DNA of 64,000 nt from Anaeromyxobacter sp. (GCA_049840735.1 JASGJN010000007.1:64001-128000); one strand, 5' to 3'. Positions 11,348-28,378 are shown, numbered from the stretch's first letter. Numbers and translations are program-made. The notes: generated from the sequence alone by a model not told the origin.

Positions 11348-12133
11348 GTGCTGAGCGATCCGCCCGTGCCCGTCCACGCTGCCGCGGCAGAAGGGTTCCA
11401 GGCCGGCGCGGCCGCCTACGAGCGAGGCCGGCCCGGCTACCCCCCGGCGGCGCTGGAGCTGGTCCTCTCCGCGCTGGCGCTGATCCCCGGCGCGCCGCTG
11501 CTCGACCTGGGCGCCGGCACCGGCACCTTCTCCCGCCTGGCTGCCCAGCGCGGCGCACGCGTGCTGGCGGTGGAGCCGGTGGCCGCCATGCGCGCCCGGC
11601 TGGCCGGCATCCCGGGGGTGCAGGCCGTCGCCGCCACCGCCGAGCGGCTGCCGCTGCGCGACGCGAGCGTGGGCGGCGCTGCCGCGGCCACCGCCTTCCA
11701 CTGGTTCGACGGCCGGCGTGCGCTGGCCGAGCTGCACCGCGTGCTGCGGCCGGGGGCGCGGGTGGCGCTGCTCTGGAACCTGCGCGACGACGCGGTGGGG
11801 TGGATCCGCTCGCTCACCGCCCTGGTGGACGAGGCCGAGCGGCCCGGGGTGCCGCGCTACCGGACCGGCCGCTGGCGCGAGCCGTTCGGCGCCGAGCGCG
11901 CCCGCTTCCACCCGGTGGGCGAGGCCCGCTTCCGCCACGTGCACCTGCTCCCGCCCGAGGGCGTGGTGGACCGCATCGCCTCCATCAGCTTCATCGCCGC
12001 CATGGCCGCGGCCGCCCGGGAGCGGCTGCTGGAGCGGGTGCGGACGCTGCTGGCCTCGCACCCGGAGACCGCCGGGCGGGCCGAGCTGCCGCTCGCCTAC
12101 ACGACCGACGTGTTCCTCTGGGAGCGGCGCTAG
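11348..12133 (+). CDS. Class I SAM-dependent methyltransferase
   Basis: YERGRPGYP, LDLGAGTG, AVEP, AERLPL, AFHWFD, HRVLRPG. Confidence 0.9.
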   Translation: MLSDPPVPVHAAAAEGFQAGAAAYERGRPGYPPAALELVLSALALIPGAPLLDLGAGTGTFSRLAAQRGARVLAVEPVAAMRARLAGIPGVQAVAATAERLPLRDASVGGAAAATAFHWFDGRRALAELHRVLRPGARVALLWNLRDDAVGWIRSLTALVDEAERPGVPRYRTGRWREPFGAERARFHPVGEARFRHVHLLPPEGVVDRIASISFIAAMAAAARERLLERVRTLLASHPETAGRAELPLAYTTDVFLWERR

Positions 12134-12135
12134 CG

Positions 12136-12276
12136 ATGGTCCGGATCAGCTGGCCCCTGGCGCTGCTCGTGGCGGTGGTGATTGCGCTGGTGGCGCGGCG
12201 GCCGCAGCTGCTGGTGCCGGTCCTGCTGGTGTTCGGCGCCTGGTACGCCTGGGAGCGGCTGCGGTCGCGGAGGTGA
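12136..12276 (+). CDS. Small membrane protein (46 aa, two hydrophobic segments)
   Basis: ATG 2 nt after the methyltransferase stop; MVRISWPLALLVAVVIALVARRPQLLVPVLLVFGAWYAW. Confidence 0.5.
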   Translation: MVRISWPLALLVAVVIALVARRPQLLVPVLLVFGAWYAWERLRSRR

Positions 12277-12411
12277 GGGCCGCCGGGCGGCGGAGCGGCG
12301 CCCCGGCCCCGCCTCGAGGACGGCGGCAGGCGCCCGCTGGGCGGCCCGTCGTGCGCGGCGGGGGCGGCGGCGCGCGCCCGGTGCGCATCTTGAGGGCCGG
12401 GAGGTGCGCAC

Positions 12412-13483
12412 ATGCGACTGCCAGGCAACGGCATGAGCTGGAAGGAGTTCCTCGGGGCGCTCAAGCAGGAGCTCGCCGACGACCAGGTCACCGACCTCGC
12501 CGCCGGGTGCACCTACTACGGCGTGCTGGCGCTCTTCCCGTTCCTGCTCTTCCTGGTGGCCCTGGCCAGCGTCATCATCACGCCGCAGCAGGCCGAGGAG
12601 CTGGTGCAGCAGCTCTCGCAGGTGGCGCCCGGTGAGGTGACGCAGCTGGTGGGGGCCCGCATCCGGCAGCTCGGCGAGCAGCAGGACGTCGGCCTCCTCA
12701 CCTTCGGCGCCGTGGCCGCGCTCTGGGCGGCCTCCGGCGCCACGCTGGCGGTGATGCGGGCGCTCAACACCACCTACGACGTCCAGGAGGGCCGGCCCTT
12801 CTGGAAGGTGCGCGGCATCGCCCTGCTCATGACGCTGGTCTCGGGCCTGCTGGCGCTGGCGGCCGCGCTGGTGGCGGTGGCGGCGGCCCCGCTGGCCGAC
12901 GCCATCGGCGGGCCGATCGGCACCGCCATCACCTGGCTGCGCCTGCCGCTGGCGGGCGTGATCGATGATGCTGCTCTGGGCGCTGCTCTACTACGTGCTG
13001 CCGGACGTGGAGCAGGACTTCAAGTTCATCACCCCCGGGTCGGTGGGCGGCGTGATCGTGTGGGTGATCGCCTCCTGGGCGTTCAGCTTCTACGTCTCCC
13101 ACTTCGGCAGCTACGACAGGACCTACGGCTCCATCGCCGGCGTCATCATCCTGCTCTTCTGGATGTGGATCTCGGCGCTGGTGATGCTGCTGGGGGCCGA
13201 GGTCAACTCCGTGATCGAGCACCGCTCGCCGGAGGGGAAGCGCGAGGGGGCCAAGTCGCTCGCCGACACCGGCACCACGCCGGCGGCGCTGGAGGGCGGC
13301 GGCGGTCCGATGACCCGCGCCGCGCGCCGGGCCGGGCAGCGGCGCGGCGGCGGCTGGGACGGCCAGGAGCGGCGGCTCCCGCCCCGGCGGGCCACCGACG
13401 GAAAGGGCGGCGCGGCGGGCGTGGCGGCGGTGGTGGCCGGGTTCGCGACCGGGTTCCTGCTCTTCAGGAAGGCGCGGGCCTGA
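12412..13483 (+). CDS. YihY/virulence factor BrkB family membrane protein; +1 indel at ~12964
   Basis: [31 protein letters not shown], then in the second frame [33 protein letters not shown]. Confidence 0.88.
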
Positions 13484-13540
13484 AGCCGGCGGGGCCCCCG
13501 CGCGGCTGCGCAGGGGCCCCGGGGACGACCACGGCGAGGG

Positions 13541-13923
13541 CTACGCGGCGCGGGCCGAGGCCGCGGCGCCGTCACCCTGGTACTGCGCGCTGCCGAAGCC
13601 GAGGATGGGGATGAAGATGAAGCCCAGGAACACGAGGCCGAGGCCGAAGCCGGCGCCCTTCCCGTAGGCCTTGGCGAACTCGATCGACACCAGGATCGCG
13701 ACCACGAAGCCGACGATCGGGATGAGCAGGAGGATGACCCACCAGATGGGGCTTCCTGGCGATCTCCGAGCATCACGATCAGGTTGTAGATCGGGACGAT
13801 GGCGGCCCAGCCCGGCTTGCCGGCCTTCGCGAAGGCCTTCCACAGGCCCGCGAACATCAGGACGATGACCGCGAGATAGATGATTCCGACGATGCCGAAC
13901 CCGCCCGACGAGGTCTCTTCCAT
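13541..13923 (-). CDS. DUF5684-type small membrane protein; two +1 indels at ~13750 and ~13767
   Basis: [22 protein letters not shown]... then [13 protein letters not shown]...[14 protein letters not shown]...ILGFGSAQY split across frames. Confidence 0.8.
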
Positions 13924-14104
13924 GTTCCCTCCCGGCGGCAGGGAATGAGGGCCACCCGGCCCCGCTGCCGCGGCCGCGGCATTGAACCACCACCCCACCG
14001 GAGGGGGAGCGTGGCGCATGGTCGCGGGGGCGAGGCGGGGGGAGGTCGCCGCGGCGGCGTCCCTGGCGCAGGCAGGCGCACAGGGCGTCCCCCTGCACCG
14101 GCCG

Positions 14105-19575
<5,471 letters not shown>

Positions 19576-19753
19576 GGCTCTCCCCTCGGGGTGTCCGCGC
19601 CACGCTGGTGGCCGGGGGTGCGGATCGCCAGGACCCTGGCAGGCAAGCTGGCGAGATCAGGACTGTGGGTGCGAGGAGGATGGCGCACGATCGGGTCCTT
19701 CAGGATCGTGGCCGTCGCCCCTATCTGTCCGGGGCGCACCTGCTGGGCGCCGC

Positions 19754-21892
19754 ATGGAACGATCCCAACCCGTCCGAATCCTCCTCGTCGACGACACCCA
19801 GGCGAACCTGGTGGCGCTCGACTCCGTGCTGGCCGGCCCGGAGTACGAGCTGATCCACGCCAGCTCCGGCGCGCAGGCGCTCCGCTACCTCATGAGCAGC
19901 GACTGCGCGCTGATCCTGATGGACGTCCAGATGCCCGACCTGGACGGCTACGAGACGGCGCGGCTGATCCGGCAGAACGCCCGCACCCGCGGCATCCCCA
20001 TCGTCTTCCTCACCGCCTACGGCGTGGAGGACCACCACGTCCAGCGCGGCTACGCCAGCGGGGCCATCGACTACCTGTTCAAGCCCTACGACCCGGCCGT
20101 GCTCCGCGCCAAGGTGGCCGCCTTCGCGAACCTGCACCGGCTGCAGCAGCAGCTGGTGGCCCGCGAGGCGCAGCTCCGCGAGGCCCAGCGCAGCGTGCAC
20201 GCCCATGCCCTGGCCCAGCTGGAGCTGCGCAACCTGCGGCGCCAGGAGGCCGGCCAGCGGCGCTACCGCGCGCTGGTGGACGGGGTGACGCACGCGGTGG
20301 TCTGGACCGCCGACCCGGTCACCCACACCCCGACCTTCGCCAGCCCCAGCGTGGCCGCCATCCTGGGCCAGGAAGCGGAGGCCTGGGTGGCGGACCCCAC
20401 GCCGTTCCCGGAGCGCGTCCACCCGGCCGATCGCGCCTCGGTGCGGGGCGCGCTGGCGGCGCTGGTGGTGGGCCAGCCGGCGCAGCGGCTGCAGCACCGG
20501 ATGGCCAGCGCCGCCGGCCAGGACCGGTGGTTCGACACCGCGCTCTGGCTCCAGTCGAACGAGGACGGGGAGGGGCTGCAGATCCACGGCTTCTCGGTGG
20601 ACCTGACCGAGCCGCTGCGCGCCCGCGAGGTGCTGGCCTTCCTGGCGGCGGCCGGCGACGCCCTGGCGCGCTCGCTCGACTGCGCCGCCACGGCCGAGGC
20701 GGTGGCGCGGCTGGCGGTGCCGGAGCTGGCGGACTGGTGCGTGGTGGAGGTCCCGGCCGAGCTGGCCGGGGAGCGGATCCTGGGCGTGGCGCACGCCGAC
20801 GGCGCGCTGGAGGCGGCGGCGCGCGCGCTGGCGGCGCGCCCGGGGCTTGCGGCGCTCGGCCCCTGCAGCTCCCCCCGGGTGCTGCAGGGGCTCTCGCGGG
20901 CGCTGCCGCGGCTCGACCCGGGCGCCGCCGGGCTGGTGGACGTCCTGGGCCCGGCGGCGGTGCTGGAGCTGCCGCTCCGCTCGCGCGGCCGGCTGGTGGG
21001 CGTGCTGCGGCTGTTCGGCGGGCCGGCCTGGCCGGTCCCGGGCGAGGGCGAGCGCGGCCTGGCCGACGAGCTGGCCCACCGCGCCGCCCAGGCCATCGAC
21101 AACGCGCTGCTCTACCGCGAGGCGCGCGAGGCCATCCGGCTGCGCGAGGACTTCCTCTCCATCGCCTCCCACGAGCTGCGCACGCCGCTCTCGGCCCTGA
21201 CCCTGCAGCTCCGGCTGCTGGAGCGGTTCGCCGGCGAGGGCGAGGGCCACCTGCGCCGGCGGGTGCAGTCCAGCCTGCGCCAGGTGGATCGGCTGGCCAC
21301 GCTGGTCCACTCGCTGCTGGACCTGGCGCGCATCCGGAGCGGCCGGCTGGAGCTGCAGCGCGAGCCGTTCGACCTGGCCGATCTGGTGCGGGAGGTGGCG
21401 GCGCGCTTCGACGAGCCGCTGGCGGCGGACGGGCGCCGCCTGGAGGTGGTGGTGTCGGGGCCCGCGCCGGGGCGGTGGGATCGCTCCCGGCTGGACCAGG
21501 TGCTCACCAACCTGCTCTCGAACGCCGCCAAGTACGGCGGCGACGGCGCCATCCGGCTCGCGCTGCTGGTGGACGGGGAGCAGGCCACGGTGGCCGTCAG
21601 CGACCAGGGCCCCGGCATCGCGCCGGAGGAGCTGGAGCGGCTCTTCGGGCGGTTCGTGCAGGGCGCGGGCGCGAGCGGCAAGGGCGGGCTGGGGCTGGGG
21701 CTCTTCATCGCGCGGAGCATCGTGGAGGCGCACGGCGGCCGCATCAGCGCGGAGAGCCGCCCGGGCCACGGGACCACCTTCACGCTGGAGCTGCCGGCGG
21801 AGGCGGGCGCGGAGCGCGCCGCCGGGCCGACCCCGGCCGCGGCGCCGGACCGGCCGCTGGACGAGGCCGAGGGCAGCGCCACGCTGCAGTGA
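19754..21892 (+). CDS. Hybrid sensor kinase: receiver-PAS-GAF-HisKA-HATPase
   Basis: ILLVDD..LMDVQMP..FKP; VHPADR (PAS); [18 protein letters not shown] (GAF); [32 protein letters not shown]. Confidence 0.92.
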   Translation: MERSQPVRILLVDDTQANLVALDSVLAGPEYELIHASSGAQALRYLMSSDCALILMDVQMPDLDGYETARLIRQNARTRGIPIVFLTAYGVEDHHVQRGYASGAIDYLFKPYDPAVLRAKVAAFANLHRLQQQLVAREAQLREAQRSVHAHALAQLELRNLRRQEAGQRRYRALVDGVTHAVVWTADPVTHTPTFASPSVAAILGQEAEAWVADPTPFPERVHPADRASVRGALAALVVGQPAQRLQHRMASAAGQDRWFDTALWLQSNEDGEGLQIHGFSVDLTEPLRAREVLAFLAAAGDALARSLDCAATAEAVARLAVPELADWCVVEVPAELAGERILGVAHADGALEAAARALAARPGLAALGPCSSPRVLQGLSRALPRLDPGAAGLVDVLGPAAVLELPLRSRGRLVGVLRLFGGPAWPVPGEGERGLADELAHRAAQAIDNALLYREAREAIRLREDFLSIASHELRTPLSALTLQLRLLERFAGEGEGHLRRRVQSSLRQVDRLATLVHSLLDLARIRSGRLELQREPFDLADLVREVAARFDEPLAADGRRLEVVVSGPAPGRWDRSRLDQVLTNLLSNAAKYGGDGAIRLALLVDGEQATVAVSDQGPGIAPEELERLFGRFVQGAGASGKGGLGLGLFIARSIVEAHGGRISAESRPGHGTTFTLELPAEAGAERAAGPTPAAAPDRPLDEAEGSATLQ

Positions 21893-21898
21893 GGCCGC

Positions 21899-22639
21899 TC
21901 AGAAGCGGAACTGCACCCCGGCGCCGAACTGGTGGATGAGCGCGAAGTTGTAGACCTCGGCGTTGTCGGCGCCGCCCTCCAGCACCCGGTAGAAGAGCCG
22001 GAGGTCGAAGTCGCCGCTCTGCGCCGCCAGGCCGGCCGCCACGTCCTCGGCGCGCCCTTGCGGCGCCGCCAGCGCGTCGCCGTCCGCGAACAGCGAGACG
22101 GGCCCGGCGAAGCGCCAGGCGAAGCGGAAGGAGGCCAGCGGCACCACGCCCACGTTGCTCTTGGAGGCCCTGAGCCCGTCCTGGTCGAGCGCGATCTCGG
22201 CGTCGCGGAGCAGGGCGGTTGCGCCGAGCGCCAGCTCCACCCGCTCGCTCCGGACCAGCGCGTAGCGGTAGGTGAGCCGGTAGGTGTCGAAGCGGTAGCG
22301 GGCCTTGACGGCGGCGCCGGCGCGGAAGGTCTCGCCGGCGAAGTCGATGGCCTGCGAGGGCGTGCCGTTGGCCTCGATGCGGAGCGGCTGCCACACCGCC
22401 GCGAGGGTGTGGCGCCCCAGCTGCACGCCGCCGCGGACGCGCACGTAGGGTGCGGCCGCGCTGCTGAAGTCGCCGTCGGTGAGCGAGACGAGCGTGCCGC
22501 CTTCGCCGGGGATCCGGACGTCGTTCCGGCCGGAGAGGGCCACGCCGGTCTCGAGGTCGATGAAGGGCACGGTGGCCGCGCCGGCGGCGGCGGGGAGGGC
22601 GAGGCCGAGGGCCAGGAGGGCGGTCGGGAGGGGGCGCAC
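21899..22639 (-). CDS. Outer-membrane beta-barrel hypothetical protein
   Basis: Signal peptide (LLALGLALPAAAGA), amphipathic beta-strands, C-terminal GAGVQFRF. Confidence 0.75.
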   Translation of the reverse strand: MRPLPTALLALGLALPAAAGAATVPFIDLETGVALSGRNDVRIPGEGGTLVSLTDGDFSSAAAPYVRVRGGVQLGRHTLAAVWQPLRIEANGTPSQAIDFAGETFRAGAAVKARYRFDTYRLTYRYALVRSERVELALGATALLRDAEIALDQDGLRASKSNVGVVPLASFRFAWRFAGPVSLFADGDALAAPQGRAEDVAAGLAAQSGDFDLRLFYRVLEGGADNAEVYNFALIHQFGAGVQFRF

Positions 22640-22721
22640 GGGAGGACTCTGCCGCGGGCCGGGCCCGGGCGCGAGCAGAAATGGTGCTGCGGAGCGCCGC
22701 GGCCCCGCCTACGCTCCGGAC

Positions 22722-23679
22722 ATGGCCCGCACCACCATCCGCCTCGGCGTCTCCGCCTGCCTCATCGGCCAGAAGGTCCGCTTCGACGGCCAGCACAAGC
22801 AGGACGCCTTCCTGGTGGACGCCCTGGCCCCCTTCGTGGAGTGGGTCCCGGTCTGCCCGGAGCTGGAGGTGGGGATGGGCGTGCCCCGCGAGGCCCATCC
22901 GGCTGGTGGGCGCGCCGGGCGCTCCGCGGCTTTTGGCGGAGCGGAGCGGCCAGGACCACACCGCGGCCATGCGCGCCTACGCCGAGCGGCGCGTGGCGCA
23001 GCTGGAGGGAGAGGACCTGGCCGGCTACGTCACCAAGAAGGACTCGCCGTCCTGCGGCATGGAGCGGGTGCGGGTCCACGGCGCCAAGGGCTCCCCCCCG
23101 GTGCGGCAGGGGATCGGCGCCTTCGCGCGGGTGCTGATGGCGCGGCTGCCGCTCCTGCCGGTCGAGGAGGAGGGGCGGCTCGACGATCCGGCGCTGCGGG
23201 AGAGCTTCATCGAGCGCATCTTCGCCTACACGCGCTGGAAGCGGGCCGTGGCGGAGGGGATGACGCGCGGCGCGCTGGTGGCCTTCCACACCGCCCACAA
23301 GCTGACCGTGCTGGCCCACAGCCCCGCCGCCTACCGGAGGCTGGGCGCGCTGGTGGGCGGGCTCAGGAAGGGCTCCATCCGGCGCGAGGTGGAGGCCTAC
23401 GGCGAGGGCTTCATGGCGGCGCTGAAGGTCCCGGCCACCCGCGGCCGGCACACCAACGTGCTGCAGCACATGGCCGGCTACTTCCGCGAGGTGCTGCCGC
23501 CGGAGGACCGCGAGGAGCTGGAGGGGCTGGTGGAGGACTACGCGCGCGGGCTGGTGCCGCTGGTGGTGCCGCTGACGCTCTTCCGCCACCACGTGCGCCG
23601 GCACGGCGTAGGTTACCTCGCCGGCCAGGTCTACCTGGATCCGGATCCCAAGGAGCTCATGCTCCGGAACCGGGTGTAG
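22722..23679 (+). CDS. DUF523 (2-thiouracil desulfurase-like)-DUF1722 (YbgA) fusion protein; +1 indel at ~22895
   Basis: GVSACLIG..VRFDG, VCPE...GMGVPRE, then KKDSPSCG, VEEEGRL, FHTAHK, NVLQHMAGYF, YLAGQVYLDP. Confidence 0.9.
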
Positions 23680-23681
23680 CC

Positions 23682-25193
23682 GTGGCCGTCCCCGCCGAGC
23701 GGATCCGCGTCCTGAACGGCGCGCCGGTGCGCGCCGACCGGGCGCTGGTGGTCTACTGGATGACCTGCAACCGCCGCCTGCGCTCCAACCCGGCGCTGGA
23801 GCGGGCGGTGGCGCTGGCGCGCGAGCTGGGCAAGCCGGTGCTGATCCACGAGCCGGTGCGCCTCGGCTACCCGTACGCCAGCGACCGCCTCCACGCCTTC
23901 CTGCTGGAGGGGATGGCCGCCACGGCGCGCGCGCTGGAGGGGCGGGCGCTCCACTTCCCCTGGGTGGAGCGGCGCGCCGGCGAGGGGGCGGGGCTGCTCG
24001 AGGCCCTGGCGGCCCACGCCTGCGCGGTGATCACCGACGACTACCCCACCTTCTTCGTGCCGGAGGTGCTGGCCGCCGCAGCGCAGCGGCTCGACGTCCG
24101 GCTGGAGGCGGTGGACGGCAGCTGCCTGGTGCCGTTCCGGCTGGCCGGGCGCGACTTCCCCACCGCCTACGCCTACCGGCGCTGGCTGCAGGGCGTCCTG
24201 CCGGAGTGGCTGGGGCGGCTCCCGGCGCAGCAGCCGCTCTCGCGGGCGCCGCCGCCGGGCCGCGTGCGCCTGCCGGCCGAGGTGGTGGCGCGGTGGGCGC
24301 CGGCCACGGCGGCGGAGCTCGCCGCCCCGCTGCAGCTCGTGCCGTCGCTGCCGGTGGACCACGCCGTCCCGCCCTCGCGCACGCTGCGGGGCGGCTCGGC
24401 CGAGGGCGAGGCGCGGCTGGCCGCGTTCGTCTCCGCGCGGCTGGCGCGCTACGGCGAGGACCGGAACGACCCCGACGCCGGCGGGGCCAGCGGCCTCTCG
24501 CCCTGGCTCCACTTCGGCCAGGTGGGCACCTTCGACGTGGTCCGCGCCGTGCTGCGGGCGGAGCGCTGGAGCGCCGAGCGGCTCACGCCGGTCCGCGGCG
24601 CGCGCCACGGGTTCTGGGGCCTGTCCGAGGCGGCGGAGGGGTTCCTCGACCAGCTCGTCACCTGGCGCGAGCTGGGCTTCGTGACCTGTGCCCACCGGCC
24701 GGATCACCGCCAGTACGGCTCGCTGCCGCCCTGGGCACGCGCCACCCTGGCCGCCCACGCCGCCGATCCGCGCCCGGCCCTCTACGACGACGCGACGCTG
24801 GCGGCGGGGCGCACCGGCGACCGGATCTGGAACGCGGCCCAGCGCCAGCTGCGCGAGGAGGGGGTGATCCAGGGCTACCTGCGCATGCTCTGGGGCAAGA
24901 AGCTCCTGGAGTGGTCGCGCACGCCGGAGCAGGCGCTGGAGCGGATGCTGGAGCTGAACGACCGGTGGGCGCTGGACGGGCGCGACCCGAACTCGGTCAC
25001 CGGCATCTTCTGGTGCCTGGGGCGCTACGACCGGCCCTGGGGGCCGGAGCGGCCCATCTTCGGCACGGTGCGCTACATGTCCTCGGAGAACACCCGGCGG
25101 AAGCTGAAGCTGGGCGCGTACCTGGACCGGTATGCGCCGGACCCTGGACGGGCGCCGGAGCAGGGGTCGCTGTTCCGGGCGCCGGCGCGCTGA
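23682..25193 (+). CDS. phr: Deoxyribodipyrimidine photolyase, class II-like
   Basis: VVYWM..R..NPAL, SGLSPWLHFGQ, WNAAQ, GYLRMLWGKKLLEWS, LDGRDPNS..GIFWC.GRYDRPW.ERPIFGTVRYMS. Confidence 0.9.
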   Translation: MAVPAERIRVLNGAPVRADRALVVYWMTCNRRLRSNPALERAVALARELGKPVLIHEPVRLGYPYASDRLHAFLLEGMAATARALEGRALHFPWVERRAGEGAGLLEALAAHACAVITDDYPTFFVPEVLAAAAQRLDVRLEAVDGSCLVPFRLAGRDFPTAYAYRRWLQGVLPEWLGRLPAQQPLSRAPPPGRVRLPAEVVARWAPATAAELAAPLQLVPSLPVDHAVPPSRTLRGGSAEGEARLAAFVSARLARYGEDRNDPDAGGASGLSPWLHFGQVGTFDVVRAVLRAERWSAERLTPVRGARHGFWGLSEAAEGFLDQLVTWRELGFVTCAHRPDHRQYGSLPPWARATLAAHAADPRPALYDDATLAAGRTGDRIWNAAQRQLREEGVIQGYLRMLWGKKLLEWSRTPEQALERMLELNDRWALDGRDPNSVTGIFWCLGRYDRPWGPERPIFGTVRYMSSENTRRKLKLGAYLDRYAPDPGRAPEQGSLFRAPAR

Positions 25194-25231
25194 ACGTTGC
25201 GCGGGCCGCCCGGCGGCGACAGGACTCCCGG

Positions 25232-26237
25232 GTGCTTCGCTCCCCCCAGCGCGTGCTCGTGACCGGCGCCACCGGCGCCGTCGGCCGCGCGCTCCTGCCG
25301 GCCCTGCGCGCCGCCGGCCACCAGGTGCGCGCCACCTCCCGCCACGCCCGCCCGGCCGGGGACGGCGGCGTGGAGTGGGTGGCGGCGGAATCTCTCGCGG
25401 CCGGCGGCGCTGCCGCGCGTGCTGGACGGGGTGGACGCGGCCTACTTCCTGGTGCACGGGATGGGCAGCGGCCGGGAGGACTACGCCGAGGAGGAGCGGC
25501 GGACCGCGGCCGCCTTCTCGCGCGCCGCGGCGCTGGCCGGGGTGGGGCGGGTCGTCTACCTGGGCGGCCTGGCGCCGCGCGGGCCGCCCTCGCGCCACCT
25601 GGCCAGCCGGCTCGCGGTGGGCGAGGTGCTGCGCGCCGGGCGCGTGCCGGCCCTGGAGCTGCGCGCGTCGATGATCGTCGGCCCGGGCAGCGCCTCCTGG
25701 CAGGTGGTGCGTGACCTGGCGCTGCGCCTGCCGGCCATGGTGCTCCCGGCCTGGTCCGCGACGCGCACCTGCCCGGTCTGGATCGGCGACGTGGTGGCGG
25801 CGCTGGTGGCCGGGCTGGCGCTGCCGCTCCCGCGTGCCGCCTGCTTCGACCTGCCCGGTCCGGACGTGCTGACGGTGCGCGAGATCCTGGCGCGCGTGGC
25901 GGCGCTGCGCGGGCGCGCGCTGCCGGCGGTGCGCTCGCCGCTGCCGGTGCCGCGGGTCTCGATGGTCTGGCTCAAGCTGGTGTCGGAGGCCGACTGGCGC
26001 GTGGTGCGGGAGCTGGTGCAGGGGCTGGAGCACGACCTCCTGCCGCGCGACGGCCGCTTCTGGGCGCTGGCCGGGCTGCCGCCGCCGCTCCCCTTCGACG
26101 AGGCGGCGCGCCGCGCGCTGCAGGCGGGCCGGGCGCGCCGGGCCGGCTGGCGCGGGGCGCTGGCGGCGCTGGAGGAGGCGGCGGTGGACCGGTACGCGCC
26201 CAGGCTGCGCGAGGGTGGGGCGCCGAGCCCGCACTAA
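25232..26237 (+). CDS. NAD(P)-binding atypical SDR (YbjT-like); +1 indel at ~25389
   Basis: VLVTGATGAVG; AAYFLVHGM, VVYLGGL, SRHLASR, LRASMIVGPGSASW. Confidence 0.88.
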
Positions 26238-26890
26238 CCCGGCGCGGCCAGCGTGGCGATCAGCACGCTCCAGAGCGCGTGCGAGACCATGGCCACCAGC
26301 GGCCCCCCGCGCCAGGCCGCCAGCGCGCCCCAGACCGGGTAGGTGCAGGCCATGGCCAGCGCCAGGAAGGGCTCGCGGGTGGCGAGCGCGAGCGCCACCG
26401 CCAGCGCCGTCGCGGCGGCCACGCCGCCGGCCGACCCCAGGCGCCTCGCCAGGCGGGGCTGGGCCAGCCCGCGCCAGAACAGCTCCTCGGCGGGCGCGAT
26501 GATCAGCGCCAGCGCCAGCCCCGGGCCGGGCGCCTGGGGCTGGAAGCGGGCGAACAGGTCGTGCAGGGGCGGGCAGAGCGCCTGCGAGAGGGGGCCGCAG
26601 GAGGCCCAGAGGAAGAGGCGGGCGGCCGCGTAGAGGGCCAGGCCGGAGCCGAGCCCCAGCGCCGCGTCTGGCAGCCACCGGCGCGCGGCGCCGGGGCGGG
26701 CGGGGGGACGGGCGGCGGCCGAGAGCGCGAGCCAGAGCGCGGCCAGCGGGGTGGCCCAGCGGAAGAAGCCGGCGGGGCTGGCGGAGACCAGCGCCGACCA
26801 GGCCACCGCCGCGGCGCAGGCCGCCGCCGTCCAGGCGTCGCTGCGGGCCCGCGGCGGCGCGGGGGAGGGCTCCGTGTCCGGCGGGGACAT
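26234..26890 (-). CDS. CPBP (CAAX/Abi) family intramembrane protease
   Basis: Multiple TM helices, APAEELFWRG motif, C-terminal SHALW. Confidence 0.8.
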   Translation of the reverse strand: MSPPDTEPSPAPPRARSDAWTAAACAAAVAWSALVSASPAGFFRWATPLAALWLALSAAARPPARPGAARRWLPDAALGLGSGLALYAAARLFLWASCGPLSQALCPPLHDLFARFQPQAPGPGLALALIIAPAEELFWRGLAQPRLARRLGSAGGVAAATALAVALALATREPFLALAMACTYPVWGALAAWRGGPLVAMVSHALWSVLIATLAAPG

Positions 26891-26938
26891 GGACCCCACA
26901 TTACCGCCGGAGCCCAGGCCCAGGAAGGAAGGGACCGC

Positions 26939-28336
26939 ATGTCCGGCTTGTCGTCGGTGAACCCCGCCACCGGGGAGGTGGAGGCCCGCTTCGAGGAGCT
27001 CTCGGAGGTCGAGCTGGAGCGCCGCGTGGCGCGGGCGGCCGACGTCCAGCGGGTCTGGCGCCGGCAGCCCATCGCCAATCGCGCCCGGCTCCTCTCCCGC
27101 GCCGCCGACGTGCTGGAGGCGGGCGCCGATCGCTTCGGGCGGATCATGACCGCCGAGATGGGCAAGACGCTGGCCTCGGCCCGCGCCGAGGTGGAGAAGT
27201 GCGCCCGGGCCTGCCGGTACTACGCCGCCGAGGGCGAGGGGTTCCTGGCCGACGAGGAGCTCCCCGCGCGGCCGCTGCGCGCCTACCGCCGCTACCTGCC
27301 GCTGGGGCCGGTGCTGGCCGTCATGCCCTGGAACTTCCCGTTCTGGCAGGTCTTCCGCTTCGCGGCGCCGGCGCTGCTGGCGGGCAACGTGGGGCTGCTC
27401 AAGCACGCCTCCTCGGTGCCGCGCTGCGCGCTGGCGCTGGAGGAGGTCTTCCGGGAGGCCGGCTTTCCCGCCGGCGTCTTCCAGGCGCTGCTGATCGGCT
27501 CGGCGCGGGTGGAGCGGCTGGTGCTGGACCCGCGGATCGCGGCGGTGACGCTGACCGGCAGCGAGGCCGCCGGCGCGGCGGTGGCGGCCGCGGCCGGCCG
27601 GGCGCTCAAGCCGGTGGTGCTCGAGCTGGGCGGCTCGGACCCGTTCGTGGTCCTGCCCAGCGCCGACCTGGAGGCGGCGGCCCGCGCGGCGGTGGAGGGA
27701 CGGACCGTGAACGCCGGGCAGTCCTGCATCGCGGCCAAGCGGTTCATCGTCCACGAGGCGGTGGCGGACCGGTTCGAGGCGGCCTTCGCCAGCCGCATGG
27801 GCGCGCTGCGCATGGGCGATCCCACCGACCCCGCCACCGAGCTGGGGCCGCTGGCCTCCCGGGCCGAGGTGGAGCGGGTGGCCGCCCAGGTGGAGGCGCT
27901 GCTGGCGGCGGGCGCGCGGCGCCTGGTGGGCGGGCCGCCGCCGCCCGGGCCGGGCTGCTGGTTCCCGCCCACCGTGCTGGCCGACGTGCCGCGCGAGGCG
28001 GCCGCCGCGCGCGAGGAGATCTTCGGGCCGGTGGCGCTCCTCTTCCGCGTGGCCAGCCTGGACGAGGCCATCGCGCTGGCCAACGACGTGCCCTTCGGCC
28101 TGGCCTCCAGCGTCTGGACGCAGGATCCGGCCGAGCGCGCGCGGCTGGTGGACGAGCTCGAGGCGGGCGCCACCTTCGTCAACGCGGTGGTGGCCTCCGA
28201 CCCGCGCCTGCCCTTCGGCGGGGTGAAGCGGTCCGGCCACGGCCGCGAGCTGTCGCGGGAGGGGATCCGCTCCTTCGTCAACGTGAAGACGGTGGTGATC
28301 CAGTCCCAGCCGGCCGCGGCGGGCCGGACCGAGTGA
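26939..28336 (+). CDS. NAD(P)-dependent succinate-semialdehyde dehydrogenase (ALDH family)
   Basis: VMPWNFPFWQVFRF, LKHAS, TLTGSE, LELGGSDPF, NAGQSCIAAKRF, EEIFGP, LPFGGVKRSGHGRELS. Confidence 0.92.
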   Translation: MSGLSSVNPATGEVEARFEELSEVELERRVARAADVQRVWRRQPIANRARLLSRAADVLEAGADRFGRIMTAEMGKTLASARAEVEKCARACRYYAAEGEGFLADEELPARPLRAYRRYLPLGPVLAVMPWNFPFWQVFRFAAPALLAGNVGLLKHASSVPRCALALEEVFREAGFPAGVFQALLIGSARVERLVLDPRIAAVTLTGSEAAGAAVAAAAGRALKPVVLELGGSDPFVVLPSADLEAAARAAVEGRTVNAGQSCIAAKRFIVHEAVADRFEAAFASRMGALRMGDPTDPATELGPLASRAEVERVAAQVEALLAAGARRLVGGPPPPGPGCWFPPTVLADVPREAAAAREEIFGPVALLFRVASLDEAIALANDVPFGLASSVWTQDPAERARLVDELEAGATFVNAVVASDPRLPFGGVKRSGHGRELSREGIRSFVNVKTVVIQSQPAAAGRTE

Positions 28337-28378
28337 AGGTGGGTGGGCCGGCGCCCCGGGTTCTGGTAGAGAGATGGG

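Noticed and set aside
22479..25193. Apparent DUF523-photolyase fusion (904 aa)
   Set aside because: Artefact of the +1 indel at ~22895; the intervening translation is off-frame
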